From Verrucomicrobiia bacterium (GTDB taxonomy: Bacteria > Verrucomicrobiota > Verrucomicrobiia > Palsa-1439), in contig JBGQCJ010000001.1 in NCBI GenBank assembly GCA_041495285.1, positions 73,182-137,181 of the forward strand: 64,000 nucleotides of DNA, read 5' to 3'. The stretch's first letter is position 1, and the number at the start of each line of letters is the position of its first letter. The position numbers and the translations under genes were made by a program. The notes below the pieces were generated by a model. That model saw only the letters and a program-made list of their open reading frames with translations. It made no database searches and was not told the DNA's origin. Shown here one piece after another: positions 1-8,973 of the stretch.

Positions 1-13
1 CGGCACGCCCATC

Positions 14-595
14 GTGGCGGTGCCGGTACGGTGTAGCTACGCGCCCGAACAAGTGCGCCGGTCGCACTTCCGTCCCATCGCTGACTTCGTACGGATCACG
101 ACGATGAACATCGGGCTGGTGTTGCAATCGTGGCTCGTGCCGGCGGAGTTACGACGGACGTGGTCGCTGGGTGGACACAAGACACTCCGGGAAGCTATCC
201 GTGAGTTCTTCACCGAACACGCCCACGAACCGGCGCGACTGGCCGGTGCAGTCGGCTTGGGATTGTTTTGTGGCATCGCGCCGATCTGGGGTTTCCAAAT
301 GCTCGCGACCGCGACGCTGGCGCATTTGTGGCGGTTGAACAAGGCTATTGCGTTGCTCGCCAGTAATGTTTCCATGCCGGCGCTCACGCCGTTCATCGTG
401 TACGGCGGGTTGGTGCTCGGGCATTGGTTGCTAACGGGACAACGGCTGGAGTTAGGGCCGCATGACATCACGTGGGCGCACACGTTTGAGTATTTCTGGA
501 GCTGGTTTTTCGGGAGCGTAGTGTTGGCGGTAATCGTGGCGGCGCTGGGGACGATCGTGACGTATGGCGTGGCGCGGTTGGTGAAGCGAAAATGA
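14..595 (+). CDS. DUF2062-like small membrane protein; start uncertain (GTG at 14 or ATG near 104); frame is open to window edge
   Basis: The 193-aa ORF has hydrophobic helices and a '...LNKAIALLASNVSMPALTPFIVYGG...' segment typical of DUF2062. DUF2062 proteins are common members of aryl-polyene clusters. Its stop overlaps the next start (ATGA). Confidence 0.55.
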   Translation: MAVPVRCSYAPEQVRRSHFRPIADFVRITTMNIGLVLQSWLVPAELRRTWSLGGHKTLREAIREFFTEHAHEPARLAGAVGLGLFCGIAPIWGFQMLATATLAHLWRLNKAIALLASNVSMPALTPFIVYGGLVLGHWLLTGQRLELGPHDITWAHTFEYFWSWFFGSVVLAVIVAALGTIVTYGVARLVKRK

Positions 596-3500
596 AACCC
601 GATCTCTACACACGATTTTATCTGTGGCTCGTGGCGCATCGGCGCTGGGTGCTGGGCCTCACGCTGTTGATCGCGGCGGTGAGTGTCGTCATTTCGCTGC
701 GCATTGATATGGACGAGGATCTTCTCGCCATGCTGCCGGAACGCGATCCGCTCGTGGACGAGTATCGCTACGTGCTGCGCAAATTCCGCCAGATTGACCG
801 GGTCTATCTCGACGTGGGCATCACGACCGGAGATGCCGACACGCTGGCGGCAGCCGCCGGCGCGGTTTTCTCCGCGCTATCAACGAATACCGCCTACGTG
901 CGGATCATGTATCGCTTCGAGGTCAGCGGACAGCAGAAGGTGATTCAGTACCTGACCGGCGCGTTGCCGAATCTGTTCACTGACGAGGATGCCCGGTCGC
1001 TCGCGCCGAAACTCGAGCCCGCCGCTGTGCGCGATTATCTCACCGCGATGCGCCGCAAACTGGCCGGGCCGGAAGGCATGGTGCTCAAGGATGTCGTCGC
1101 CGCCGATCCGGTCGGCATGAGCGGATTGGTCGTGGCCAAAGTGTTGCCGCTGCAAACTGGGTTCGGCGACACGCAAATCGTGGACGGTCGCATCACGAGT
1201 GGCGATGGCCGGCACGTTCTGCTCATGGCCGAGCCGAAATTCCGCTCATCAAATTCCCGCGACAGCGAAGCGCTCGTGAAAGACTTATTGCGGACGGCGC
1301 GCGAAGTGGAAGGTCATTTCCCCGGCGTTCACGTCGCCATCACCGGTGGGCATCGGATGACGGTGGACAACGCGACGATCATCAAGGCCGACGCGACGCG
1401 CTGCATTTCCCTCGGGATGGGAGCAATGTTGATTCTGTGTCTGACAGCATTTCGGCGGCGCTGGCTGGCCGTCCTGGCATTTTTGCCATCGTTATTCGGC
1501 ACGCTCATCGCGGGCGTGGTGCTCGCGCTCTACTGGCCGCACCTCTCCGCCATCGCGACCGGCTTCGCCAGCATCGCCATCGGCATCACGGTGGATTACG
1601 CGATCTATATTATTTATCACCTCGACAACGCCGCGAGTTTTGACCGCGAGTCCGTGGGCCGGCATCTGGGGCGGCTGGTGTTGCCAATCAGCATCGGTGC
1701 GCTGACGACTATCGCAGCGTTCGTGGTCATGGCGACTTCGCCGATGCACGGCTACCAGCAACTGGGCGTGTTTGGCGCGGTTGGCGTCGTGTTTTCGGCG
1801 GCGTTCGCACTTGTGATCCTGCCGTTGCTCGTACCGATGGAGAAAACTACCGGGCAACCGCCGCTGTGGCTGACACAGTTGATGGAGAAATTTCAAACCT
1901 GGCAATCGAACTGGCGATCCTGCGTGCTGATCGCCATGCTCGTGATGACTGTCGTGACCGCGTTCGGTGTACGACGGCTGCGGTTTGAGGGCGACGTCGC
2001 CAAGCTGAACGGCATCACCGAATCCACGCGGAGCGATGAGGCGTTGATCAACCAAACTTGGGGCAGTGCGCTCGGAATGACATTGGTCGTGGCGCGCGGA
2101 GCAACACCGGAGGACGCCTTGGCGCTAAATGATCGCGCCGCGCAAGCGCTCGCCCACGATCCGAATGTGGCTGCGGTGTATTCGCTCGCAGCGGTTTGTC
2201 CATCGAAGGCGACGCAGGTGGCGAACATCCGGCGCTGGCGCGAATTTTGGACGCCGGCACGACGTATGACATTGCGCGAGACGTTGCAGCAGGTCGGCGG
2301 CGAACTTGGTTTTCGCGCCGAAGCATTCGCGAAGTTTTGGCAAAGCGTCGAGGGCGACCCGGCAATGCTGACGCTGGAGGCTTTTCGCGGCACGCCATTG
2401 GATCAGGCATTGAGTGAGCGCGTCGCGCTGGGCGCGGACGACAACGCGGTGAGTACGTTGGTCAAATTGAAGGATCGCGCGAACGTCGGCAAACTGCGGC
2501 AGGCGTTGCCCGGCCTGATTGTGCTCGACCACAAGGCATTCGCCGATCATATCGCCGGGCTGGCGAAAAGCGGACTAAGCCAGTTCGCGTTGTGGACGGC
2601 CATCGTCGTGGCCGCGATCTTGTATCTGACGCTCGCGTCCATTGAACTGGCCGCGGTGACGCTGCTGCCGCTGGCGTTCGGTTTGTTGTGGACGTTCGGG
2701 GCGATGGGCTGGTTGGGATTGAAGATTGACCTGATGAACAGCGTGTTCGTCATCTTCATCATCGGCGTCGGCGAGGATTACAGCGTGTTCCTCGTTACAA
2801 ACAAATTGGACGAATGGCGCGGACGACCGCAACGGACCGCGGCCACCACTGCGTCGGTATTGATCTCCGCCTCGACGACGATCTTTGGCTTCGGCGTGCT
2901 GGTGCTGGCCAATCACCCGGTGTTTTTCTCGATGGGCACGACGGTGTTGCTCGGCATGAGTTTCGCATTCCTCGCCACCCTGATTTTGACACCGCTGTGC
3001 ATGGACTTATTGCTGTTCGCCGACCCGCCGCGCGGCGCACCCCGGTGGTGGCATTTACTCGGCACGCTGTGGGGCGGAACACACCTCTTCCTCGGTCAAC
3101 TGGGTCTGTGGGTGTCTCGTCCGTTTGTCTCGCGCGATCGTTCCCGGCAGATGACGCAAGGGGCAACGCGCTTATTGGTGAATTGGTTTCCGTTCGGCAA
3201 ACTGGATTGGATCGATACCGGTGCCGAAACATTTCAGAAGCCAGCCATCCTCATCAGCAATCATCAATCCGCCGTGGACGTGCTCATCATCAAAGCACTG
3301 TCCGGCAACATCCGCATGACGATCAAGAAACGCGTCTGGGACACGCCGATCCTCGGCCTGACCGCGAAGATGAACGGTGACTTGTTAGTCGACAACGAAT
3401 CCGACGCCACCTTGGCCCGCTGCCGGCAAGCCGTGACGGAGGGCGCGAGTGTCCACTTCTTCGTCGAAGGTACGCGCTCGCGCACCGGCGACCTGCAACG

Positions 3501-4419
3501 TTTTCGCCTTGGCGCGTTTCAACTGGCCAGCGAATCCCGGCAAGACGTGTTACCGGTCTTGCTCTGCGACACCAATACCGCCATGCCGCGCGACGCGTAC
3601 TGGTTCGAGTTGTACCGGGCTGTGGTGCGCGCGTTGCCGCGCGTGACGCCACAGACTTTCGACTACAACCTCGGCGCGCGCGCCTTGATGAAACATTGCG
3701 AGGCGCTGATGCACGACGCATTGCAGACCGAATTGGATCGCGTGAACTCGTCGCCGGTATTGCGCCGCAAAGTAGCACGGCTCTACCGGTATCAAGGCAA
3801 GTGGGTCGAGCAATTCGTTTACTGGAAGATGCGCACCGACCCGTTCTTTGCGGTGCTCGACAAGACCGTGCCGCGTCAGGGTTTCATCCTCGATCTCGGT
3901 TGCGGCTATGGCCTGGCGAGTCACTGGCTAGTCCATAGCAATCTCGACCGGCAACTGCTTGGCGTGGATTACGACGCCGATAAAATTCGCACCGCCCAAC
4001 GCACCGCCCCGCGCCACGACCGGCTCCGCTTCGAGCAAGCCGACCTGCTCACGTGGGATTATCTTGCCTGCGACGCCATTCTCTTATTCGACGTGCTCCA
4101 CTACTGGACGCCCGATAAACAAGAACTCATCCTCACCAAAGCCCGGCAAGCGTTGCGCCCGGGCGGACGCTTGATTCTCCGCGATGCCGCACGCGCCGAA
4201 ACGAAGGCGCACGGGAACGTCGCGTTCTGGGAGAAACTCGCGACCGGCATCGGCCACAACAAGACCGTCGAGGGACTGCATTTCCAGAGCGAGCCGGAAC
4301 TGCGCGCCGCGTTGCAGCGTGCCGGCTTCGAGGACATCCAACTCGTGCCGTCCGCCGGCAACGATTCCAACATCCTGCTCACCGCGTCGGTCGCTGCGCC
4401 GCAATGCTCTGGCGGATAA
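592..4419 (+). CDS. Three-domain fusion: MMPL/RND-type exporter (about 12 TM) + lysophospholipid acyltransferase domain (HX4D 'NHQSAVD', 'FVEGTRS') + class I SAM methyltransferase domain ('ILDLGCGYG')
   Basis: Single 1275-aa ORF. The N-terminal ~830 aa carry two hydrophobic bundles separated by a periplasmic loop (MMPL/RND architecture). Residues ~880-1050 carry PlsC-type acyltransferase motifs. The C-terminal ~220 aa have the SAM-binding motif I. Confidence 0.75.
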   Translation: MKPDLYTRFYLWLVAHRRWVLGLTLLIAAVSVVISLRIDMDEDLLAMLPERDPLVDEYRYVLRKFRQIDRVYLDVGITTGDADTLAAAAGAVFSALSTNTAYVRIMYRFEVSGQQKVIQYLTGALPNLFTDEDARSLAPKLEPAAVRDYLTAMRRKLAGPEGMVLKDVVAADPVGMSGLVVAKVLPLQTGFGDTQIVDGRITSGDGRHVLLMAEPKFRSSNSRDSEALVKDLLRTAREVEGHFPGVHVAITGGHRMTVDNATIIKADATRCISLGMGAMLILCLTAFRRRWLAVLAFLPSLFGTLIAGVVLALYWPHLSAIATGFASIAIGITVDYAIYIIYHLDNAASFDRESVGRHLGRLVLPISIGALTTIAAFVVMATSPMHGYQQLGVFGAVGVVFSAAFALVILPLLVPMEKTTGQPPLWLTQLMEKFQTWQSNWRSCVLIAMLVMTVVTAFGVRRLRFEGDVAKLNGITESTRSDEALINQTWGSALGMTLVVARGATPEDALALNDRAAQALAHDPNVAAVYSLAAVCPSKATQVANIRRWREFWTPARRMTLRETLQQVGGELGFRAEAFAKFWQSVEGDPAMLTLEAFRGTPLDQALSERVALGADDNAVSTLVKLKDRANVGKLRQALPGLIVLDHKAFADHIAGLAKSGLSQFALWTAIVVAAILYLTLASIELAAVTLLPLAFGLLWTFGAMGWLGLKIDLMNSVFVIFIIGVGEDYSVFLVTNKLDEWRGRPQRTAATTASVLISASTTIFGFGVLVLANHPVFFSMGTTVLLGMSFAFLATLILTPLCMDLLLFADPPRGAPRWWHLLGTLWGGTHLFLGQLGLWVSRPFVSRDRSRQMTQGATRLLVNWFPFGKLDWIDTGAETFQKPAILISNHQSAVDVLIIKALSGNIRMTIKKRVWDTPILGLTAKMNGDLLVDNESDATLARCRQAVTEGASVHFFVEGTRSRTGDLQRFRLGAFQLASESRQDVLPVLLCDTNTAMPRDAYWFELYRAVVRALPRVTPQTFDYNLGARALMKHCEALMHDALQTELDRVNSSPVLRRKVARLYRYQGKWVEQFVYWKMRTDPFFAVLDKTVPRQGFILDLGCGYGLASHWLVHSNLDRQLLGVDYDADKIRTAQRTAPRHDRLRFEQADLLTWDYLACDAILLFDVLHYWTPDKQELILTKARQALRPGGRLILRDAARAETKAHGNVAFWEKLATGIGHNKTVEGLHFQSEPELRAALQRAGFEDIQLVPSAGNDSNILLTASVAAPQCSGG

Positions 4420-5044
4420 GTTCGAGGAACTCTTCGCGAGGCAGGGGCAGATAGGTGTCCGTCGCAATCGGTTCGCCGACGTGTACCTCGACCTTGCGCA
4501 GCCCCGTGATGAGGTGAAACCGTCCGGTCTTGGTAGAGACAAGCTGCATGTTCTCGATGAACACCGGCACAATTGGCACGCGCGCTCGCTGCGCAATGTA
4601 GTACAGGCCGGGCTGGCACGGGGCAACATGCACGCCGTCGCCGCGCGTGCCCTCGGGAAAAACCACCAACTGGAACCGGTCACTGAGACGGCCAAACGCC
4701 TCCAACTCACGGATGCGATCGGGATTGATTTTTCCTCGTTCCAGCAAGAAGCCGATCCGGCTGCTCAACGCTCGTCTGATCCAGGAAACCTGCCAAACGG
4801 CTTTGTCCCCCAGCACCAGAATCGGATAGCACCCGCACCGCCAAAACAACGCGCCCAACAGGATCGTGTCCAGCAGACTGACGTGATTGGCCACAAACAG
4901 ATGACGCTGCTCACGACGCAACCGTTCGAGGCCATGCGTCCGTCGCAGGTACGCCAGCGCAAACGTGTAATAGCTGCTCGCACCCAGCAGCGCTTGAATC
5001 AACACCAAAGCCCGCGATATCTGGCTTGAATTTGTTGGCTCCAT
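4379..5044 (-). CDS. 1-acyl-sn-glycerol-3-phosphate (lysophospholipid) acyltransferase family protein
   Basis: 221 aa with HX4D motif 'NHVSLLD' and 'FPEGTRG' motif of PlsC-like acyltransferases. Its 3' end is convergent with and overlaps the 592..4419 gene by about 40 nt. Confidence 0.75.
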   Translation of the reverse strand: MEPTNSSQISRALVLIQALLGASSYYTFALAYLRRTHGLERLRREQRHLFVANHVSLLDTILLGALFWRCGCYPILVLGDKAVWQVSWIRRALSSRIGFLLERGKINPDRIRELEAFGRLSDRFQLVVFPEGTRGDGVHVAPCQPGLYYIAQRARVPIVPVFIENMQLVSTKTGRFHLITGLRKVEVHVGEPIATDTYLPLPREEFLELIRQSIAAQRPTR

Positions 5045-5048
5045 CGAA

Positions 5049-6707
5049 TCAGTTCGAGTGGCCGGCTTGTTCTAACCACTTTTCCAGTTCGCGCTTCTCT
5101 TTCAGAAACGCTGGGTGCGCGGCCAGCGCCGCCGCAAACGCGCGCGCCGCCTCCTGACGCTGACCGAGCGCCAACAGAGCACGACCTCGCAACGCCGCAT
5201 TCTGGTAGAAACCGGGGTTCAACGCTTCCGCCTTGTCCGCAAGCGTCAGCGCGGACGGCGCATCGTTGCTCTTCAAAGCGCGATGGCCATCGTCCAGACA
5301 TTGCTTGGCCTGCTTCGCCCGCTCGAATTCACCCGATGCCAGTGTCGCGTCGGGCGACACGGTTCGGGCGGGCAATTCGTGATCGAAATCCTGCACATCG
5401 AACGCGACGAACTTGCCAATCTGGTGCGGCGGCGAAGCCGCCCAAAAAATGCCGTCAGTCAAATCCATCACCGTGGCGTGTGTGGCGATGAACGCGTTCA
5501 GCGAGGCGCGGTGGCCGTTGCCGGCAAACGCGCCGCCGGACAGGTTGCGGTCGCGGAGCAATTCAGCAGCGTGCGGAGCGTCGATTGTGCCGCGCGCACC
5601 CTGAAGCAGTTCTGTCATGCGCGTGAAGCGTGAAACCGACGTGGCTTCGTCAATGTAAACCTTGTTCCGCTCGGCATCCTTCAAGCCGGAAGTTTGGAAA
5701 TGATTCGCGCAAACGATGGTGTCGCCTTCTGGTTCGCGCACCTGCGTTACGTCGGGTGTTTTTTCCACGACCACAAGTTTTCCGTCCGCCCGGCTGCCCA
5801 CCAGCCAGAGTGTTGAGACAAACACCTTGGCGCGGCGGATGATTTCCAGCGCCTCGGTGAGGTTGTGCGCCTTTTGCAAAACATCGCGCGCCACCATCGC
5901 CACGGGGGTGGCGATTTCGCCTGGCAAACTGGACGGCGCGCCGTTGATCGTGACGGAGACGCCCGCGCGGTTCATTCCCGAAACCACTCCCGCCATGCTG
6001 GCCCACGATAGTGAAATGAACGGAATGCCGTCATCCGGTTCGCACATGATGACGACACGGTCGCGGCTGAAAACCTCGGCGGCTTCCCAATCGAAGTTGC
6101 GCCCGGTGATCAGATGTCCGACGGCCGTCGCGCCGCCCCACGCGCCGAACGCGGTGCAGCCCGCGCGCGCGACGAGCGGGTTGTCAATCATCATATAGGA
6201 AACGTCGTGCGCGGCGTGGTAGTTGAGCATCCGGTTATAGAAACTGCCGAGTTCCGGGTGAACGTCCGGGCAGCCGAGAATCACGCCATAAATCTGCTGG
6301 CGATCTTCCAGCGACACGAAATCGCCCAGATGCCGGTTGCGATAGATCACATACGCCCTGAGCACGTTCAGTTTCCACTGTTGCGACACGTAGCCGTGGA
6401 TCATTTCTAGGAATTCATTCTCCAGCGTGTGCATCTGCTCCTGCAACAACACGCCCGACGCGTAACCCATCTCGAACGGGCTGCCTTTGAGCCGCACGAC
6501 CAGCAATCCCTCGCGTCGGCTCGCCCACGATTTGCCGAGCCACGTTTTCCCATCGTGCGATTCCGGCTTGAGTTGCATGATCGCCACGTCGCGCGGCAGC
6601 GGCGGCGGCTTGGCCGTCCAATGCCGCAACAAGCACACCGCCGCGATCCAGGCGATCAGCCCAAGCAAAATCGCCCCAAACAGAATTCTCTTGAGCCATT
6701 TCTTCAC
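5049..6707 (-). CDS. Peptidase C45 / acyl-CoA:6-aminopenicillanic-acid acyltransferase family protein with C-terminal TPR repeats; N-terminal signal/TM
   Basis: 552 aa. The central region has the 'GCTAF' self-processing Cys context of the C45/IAT-like family. The C-terminal 'ALNPGFYQNAALRGRALLALGQRQEAARAFAAALAAHP' is TPR-like. It has a hydrophobic N-terminus. Confidence 0.55.
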   Translation of the reverse strand: MKKWLKRILFGAILLGLIAWIAAVCLLRHWTAKPPPLPRDVAIMQLKPESHDGKTWLGKSWASRREGLLVVRLKGSPFEMGYASGVLLQEQMHTLENEFLEMIHGYVSQQWKLNVLRAYVIYRNRHLGDFVSLEDRQQIYGVILGCPDVHPELGSFYNRMLNYHAAHDVSYMMIDNPLVARAGCTAFGAWGGATAVGHLITGRNFDWEAAEVFSRDRVVIMCEPDDGIPFISLSWASMAGVVSGMNRAGVSVTINGAPSSLPGEIATPVAMVARDVLQKAHNLTEALEIIRRAKVFVSTLWLVGSRADGKLVVVEKTPDVTQVREPEGDTIVCANHFQTSGLKDAERNKVYIDEATSVSRFTRMTELLQGARGTIDAPHAAELLRDRNLSGGAFAGNGHRASLNAFIATHATVMDLTDGIFWAASPPHQIGKFVAFDVQDFDHELPARTVSPDATLASGEFERAKQAKQCLDDGHRALKSNDAPSALTLADKAEALNPGFYQNAALRGRALLALGQRQEAARAFAAALAAHPAFLKEKRELEKWLEQAGHSN

Positions 6708-7078
6708 GGATTTCGTTCCAAAAGTAAAAGCGTCTCCCCCGCCGGCTGTCCGCCGACGGAAAAACTGGCCCGCGCCTCAATCGTGCCGTTCTTTTCCGAC
6801 AATTTCAAATCCACTCGCACGATCTCGGCCGGTAGGATCGGCCGCCGAAACTTCGCCTTGCAAACCTCGCGGATTGACAACGAACAATCGAGCGCCCATT
6901 CCGCCGCCGCGCGCGTCATCTCCAGTTGAAACACGCCGGGCAGCAACGGCCGCGTCGGGAAATGACCCGCAAACGTCGGATCGTCCGCGCCGAACCGGAA
7001 CTCAATCACCACCGTGCCGTCCGCCTCACGTCGCGGGCCACTGATTTGCGCGGCGGCAATCGAATCGCGCATCGTCAT
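6704..7078 (-). CDS. FabA/FabZ-like hotdog 3-hydroxyacyl-ACP dehydratase (APE dehydratase-like)
   Basis: 124 aa with 'FAGHFPTRPLLPGV' (HxxxGxxxxP dehydratase motif). Its stop overlaps the upstream gene start. Confidence 0.65.
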   Translation of the reverse strand: MTMRDSIAAAQISGPRREADGTVVIEFRFGADDPTFAGHFPTRPLLPGVFQLEMTRAAAEWALDCSLSIREVCKAKFRRPILPAEIVRVDLKLSEKNGTIEARASFSVGGQPAGETLLLLERNP

Positions 7079-7539
7079 GGTGTCGCCTTGCGCGTCTCGT
7101 CAAACAACTCCGGCGGCTGCGGACCGGGCTTGGTCTCCACCGTTCGCACTTCCAGCGTGTAGCCGCGCCGGACGAGCATCACCGGCGACGCCTCGGCCAA
7201 AACGCGCTCCATGTCAGCCGCAACGTTGCGTCGAATCCAAGCCGGCCGAAACGCCCGACCTGATCGCATCACGTGGACTGCGCCGTCGCGTTTCACCAGA
7301 ACGTCCGCCAGCACTGCGCCGAAATTCTCCGTGACGATGAGCCTCTTGCCCCACGCTGCGCTCAGCGCGAGATAGCCGTTCAAGGTGAATTGCTGCCCGT
7401 GCACCGTCAACACGGCGCGTTGTGTTACCAAGGCATCGGCGGGAAACAAAGACGGCAAGGCTTGGGGTGGCGGAAGCGTTGTCGCGCAGCCGACCACCAG
7501 CAACAGCCACGGGAAAAAATACAAATTACGGCGCATTGC
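7075..7539 (-). CDS. Putative lipoprotein (DUF3261-like), signal peptide with lipobox 'VVGCAT'
   Basis: Small ORF with a lipoprotein signal, in the position where DUF3261 lipoproteins occur in APE clusters. The start could be the upstream ATG at 7587. Confidence 0.4.
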   Translation of the reverse strand, partial: AMRRNLYFFPWLLLVVGCATTLPPPQALPSLFPADALVTQRAVLTVHGQQFTLNGYLALSAAWGKRLIVTENFGAVLADVLVKRDGAVHVMRSGRAFRPAWIRRNVAADMERVLAEASPVMLVRRGYTLEVRTVETKPGPQPPELFDETRKATP

Positions 7540-8209
7540 CCACGGCCGCCTTGATCGCGGTGATATCCAGCGGTTTGGCTTGATCAAACGTGCCGGGCGG
7601 AAACTTCACCTCGCGCCGTTCCCGCCGAAATATGATCCGCGTCAGGTCGCCGTTGGGTTCGTTCATTACCACTTCGCGCGTCGCGGAAAAATCCGGCTCC
7701 ATCTTGATTTCCAGCGACGCCAGCATCTCGCGCACGTTGGCGTCCTTCGGCATCAACGTCACGACCGCCACGCTGCCGGTAGCCACGGAGATTGTGTAAT
7801 CGCTGGTCAACGCATCGAGTTTGCCCTGGTGCATCAAAGTCATTTGCTCCATCACACGCCTGAGCATTTGCGGAAACCCCAGCTTCAATTTCTTCCAGTC
7901 GCCGTCCGTGCGCTCGAATTGCGCGACGGATTTGTGGTTGCCGAGCAAAATGGATTGATACGGCGCGGTCGTCTCCCAGCGAATCTGGTCGGGACGTTCG
8001 ATCAACATCACCCCTTCGCTCTTTAACGGCTCGGCGAACAATTTCAACTGTCGTTCCTGCGTGAACTCCAGATACACCGAGCCAAGCGACGACATCTTGC
8101 GCTGCAAGTCTTGCAATACCGGGCGCGGGTCGGCTACCGGCTGCAACGGCGGTTCGGCAACCGCCGCCATCGCGATCATCAACCACGCCATGCCAGCTAA
8201 TCTTTTCAT
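7526..8209 (-). CDS. LolA-like outer-membrane lipoprotein carrier family protein
   Basis: 227 aa with a signal peptide, similar in size and pattern to LolA/LppX-fold carriers. It sits in an APE-type cluster context (ApeL-like position). Confidence 0.55.
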   Translation of the reverse strand: MKRLAGMAWLMIAMAAVAEPPLQPVADPRPVLQDLQRKMSSLGSVYLEFTQERQLKLFAEPLKSEGVMLIERPDQIRWETTAPYQSILLGNHKSVAQFERTDGDWKKLKLGFPQMLRRVMEQMTLMHQGKLDALTSDYTISVATGSVAVVTLMPKDANVREMLASLEIKMEPDFSATREVVMNEPNGDLTRIIFRRERREVKFPPGTFDQAKPLDITAIKAAVGNAP

Positions 8210-8973
8210 GTCAGCATCCGATCCAACCGCACCACTTCATACCCCAGCGCCCGCACTGTTTCCAAGAGTGTTTTCACTGTCGCCACCAACCGCTCGGCGG
8301 AGATGTTGCCGTCGTGCAACAAGATGATCGCGCCCGGCTCAAGCCGCCGGGTGATCCGCGCCACGATCCGTTCCGGCTCGGTCAGCTTCGTGTCCAACCC
8401 GCGCGCGCTCCAGCCCACCACCGTCAACCCCAGCGCCCGCGCCGCGCGAAACACCCGGGGATTCGACAAGCCCATCGGTGGCCGAAACCATCGCGGGGTC
8501 ACTCCCGTGGCCTGCTCAATGACCGCCTGTGTTTTCGCCAATTCCGCTTTCAGGCGGGCAACCGTAAAGAAATTCGTCGCGTTGTTGTGCGCGTACGAAT
8601 GATTCTCCAGCAAATGTCCCTCGCGCACGATCCGCGCCGCCAATTCCGGATGCGCGGCCACTTGTTCGCCAACACAAAAGAACGCCGCCTCGACGCCCGC
8701 CTCCCGCAGCAGTTCCAACAACGCCGGTGTCGAGCGCGCATCCGGCCCGTCGTCGAACGTCAACGCCACGCACCGCCGCGAGCCGGCCCCGCGACACACA
8801 AACGGACCGAACAACCGCAGTTGTGGAATCGCCACGCCGAGTCCGGTCACCGTCAGATGCGCCACGACCACCGCGCCGAGCAGCGCCGCGTTGCCCGACG
8901 CCAGCGCCAGCGCACCGAGCAACACCGCGCCCGTCGTCACCACATGAAACCGGCTCAGGGTTGAACGCAACAT
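8206..8973 (-). CDS. Polysaccharide deacetylase (NodB homology domain) with N-terminal TM
   Basis: 'ALTFDDGPDARSTPALLELLREAGVEAAFFCVGEQ...HLLENHSYAHN' are NodB motifs. The longer ORF (to 9183) overlaps the KS-CLF 3' end, so the internal Met at 8973 is preferred. Confidence 0.7.
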   Translation of the reverse strand: MLRSTLSRFHVVTTGAVLLGALALASGNAALLGAVVVAHLTVTGLGVAIPQLRLFGPFVCRGAGSRRCVALTFDDGPDARSTPALLELLREAGVEAAFFCVGEQVAAHPELAARIVREGHLLENHSYAHNNATNFFTVARLKAELAKTQAVIEQATGVTPRWFRPPMGLSNPRVFRAARALGLTVVGWSARGLDTKLTEPERIVARITRRLEPGAIILLHDGNISAERLVATVKTLLETVRALGYEVVRLDRMLT

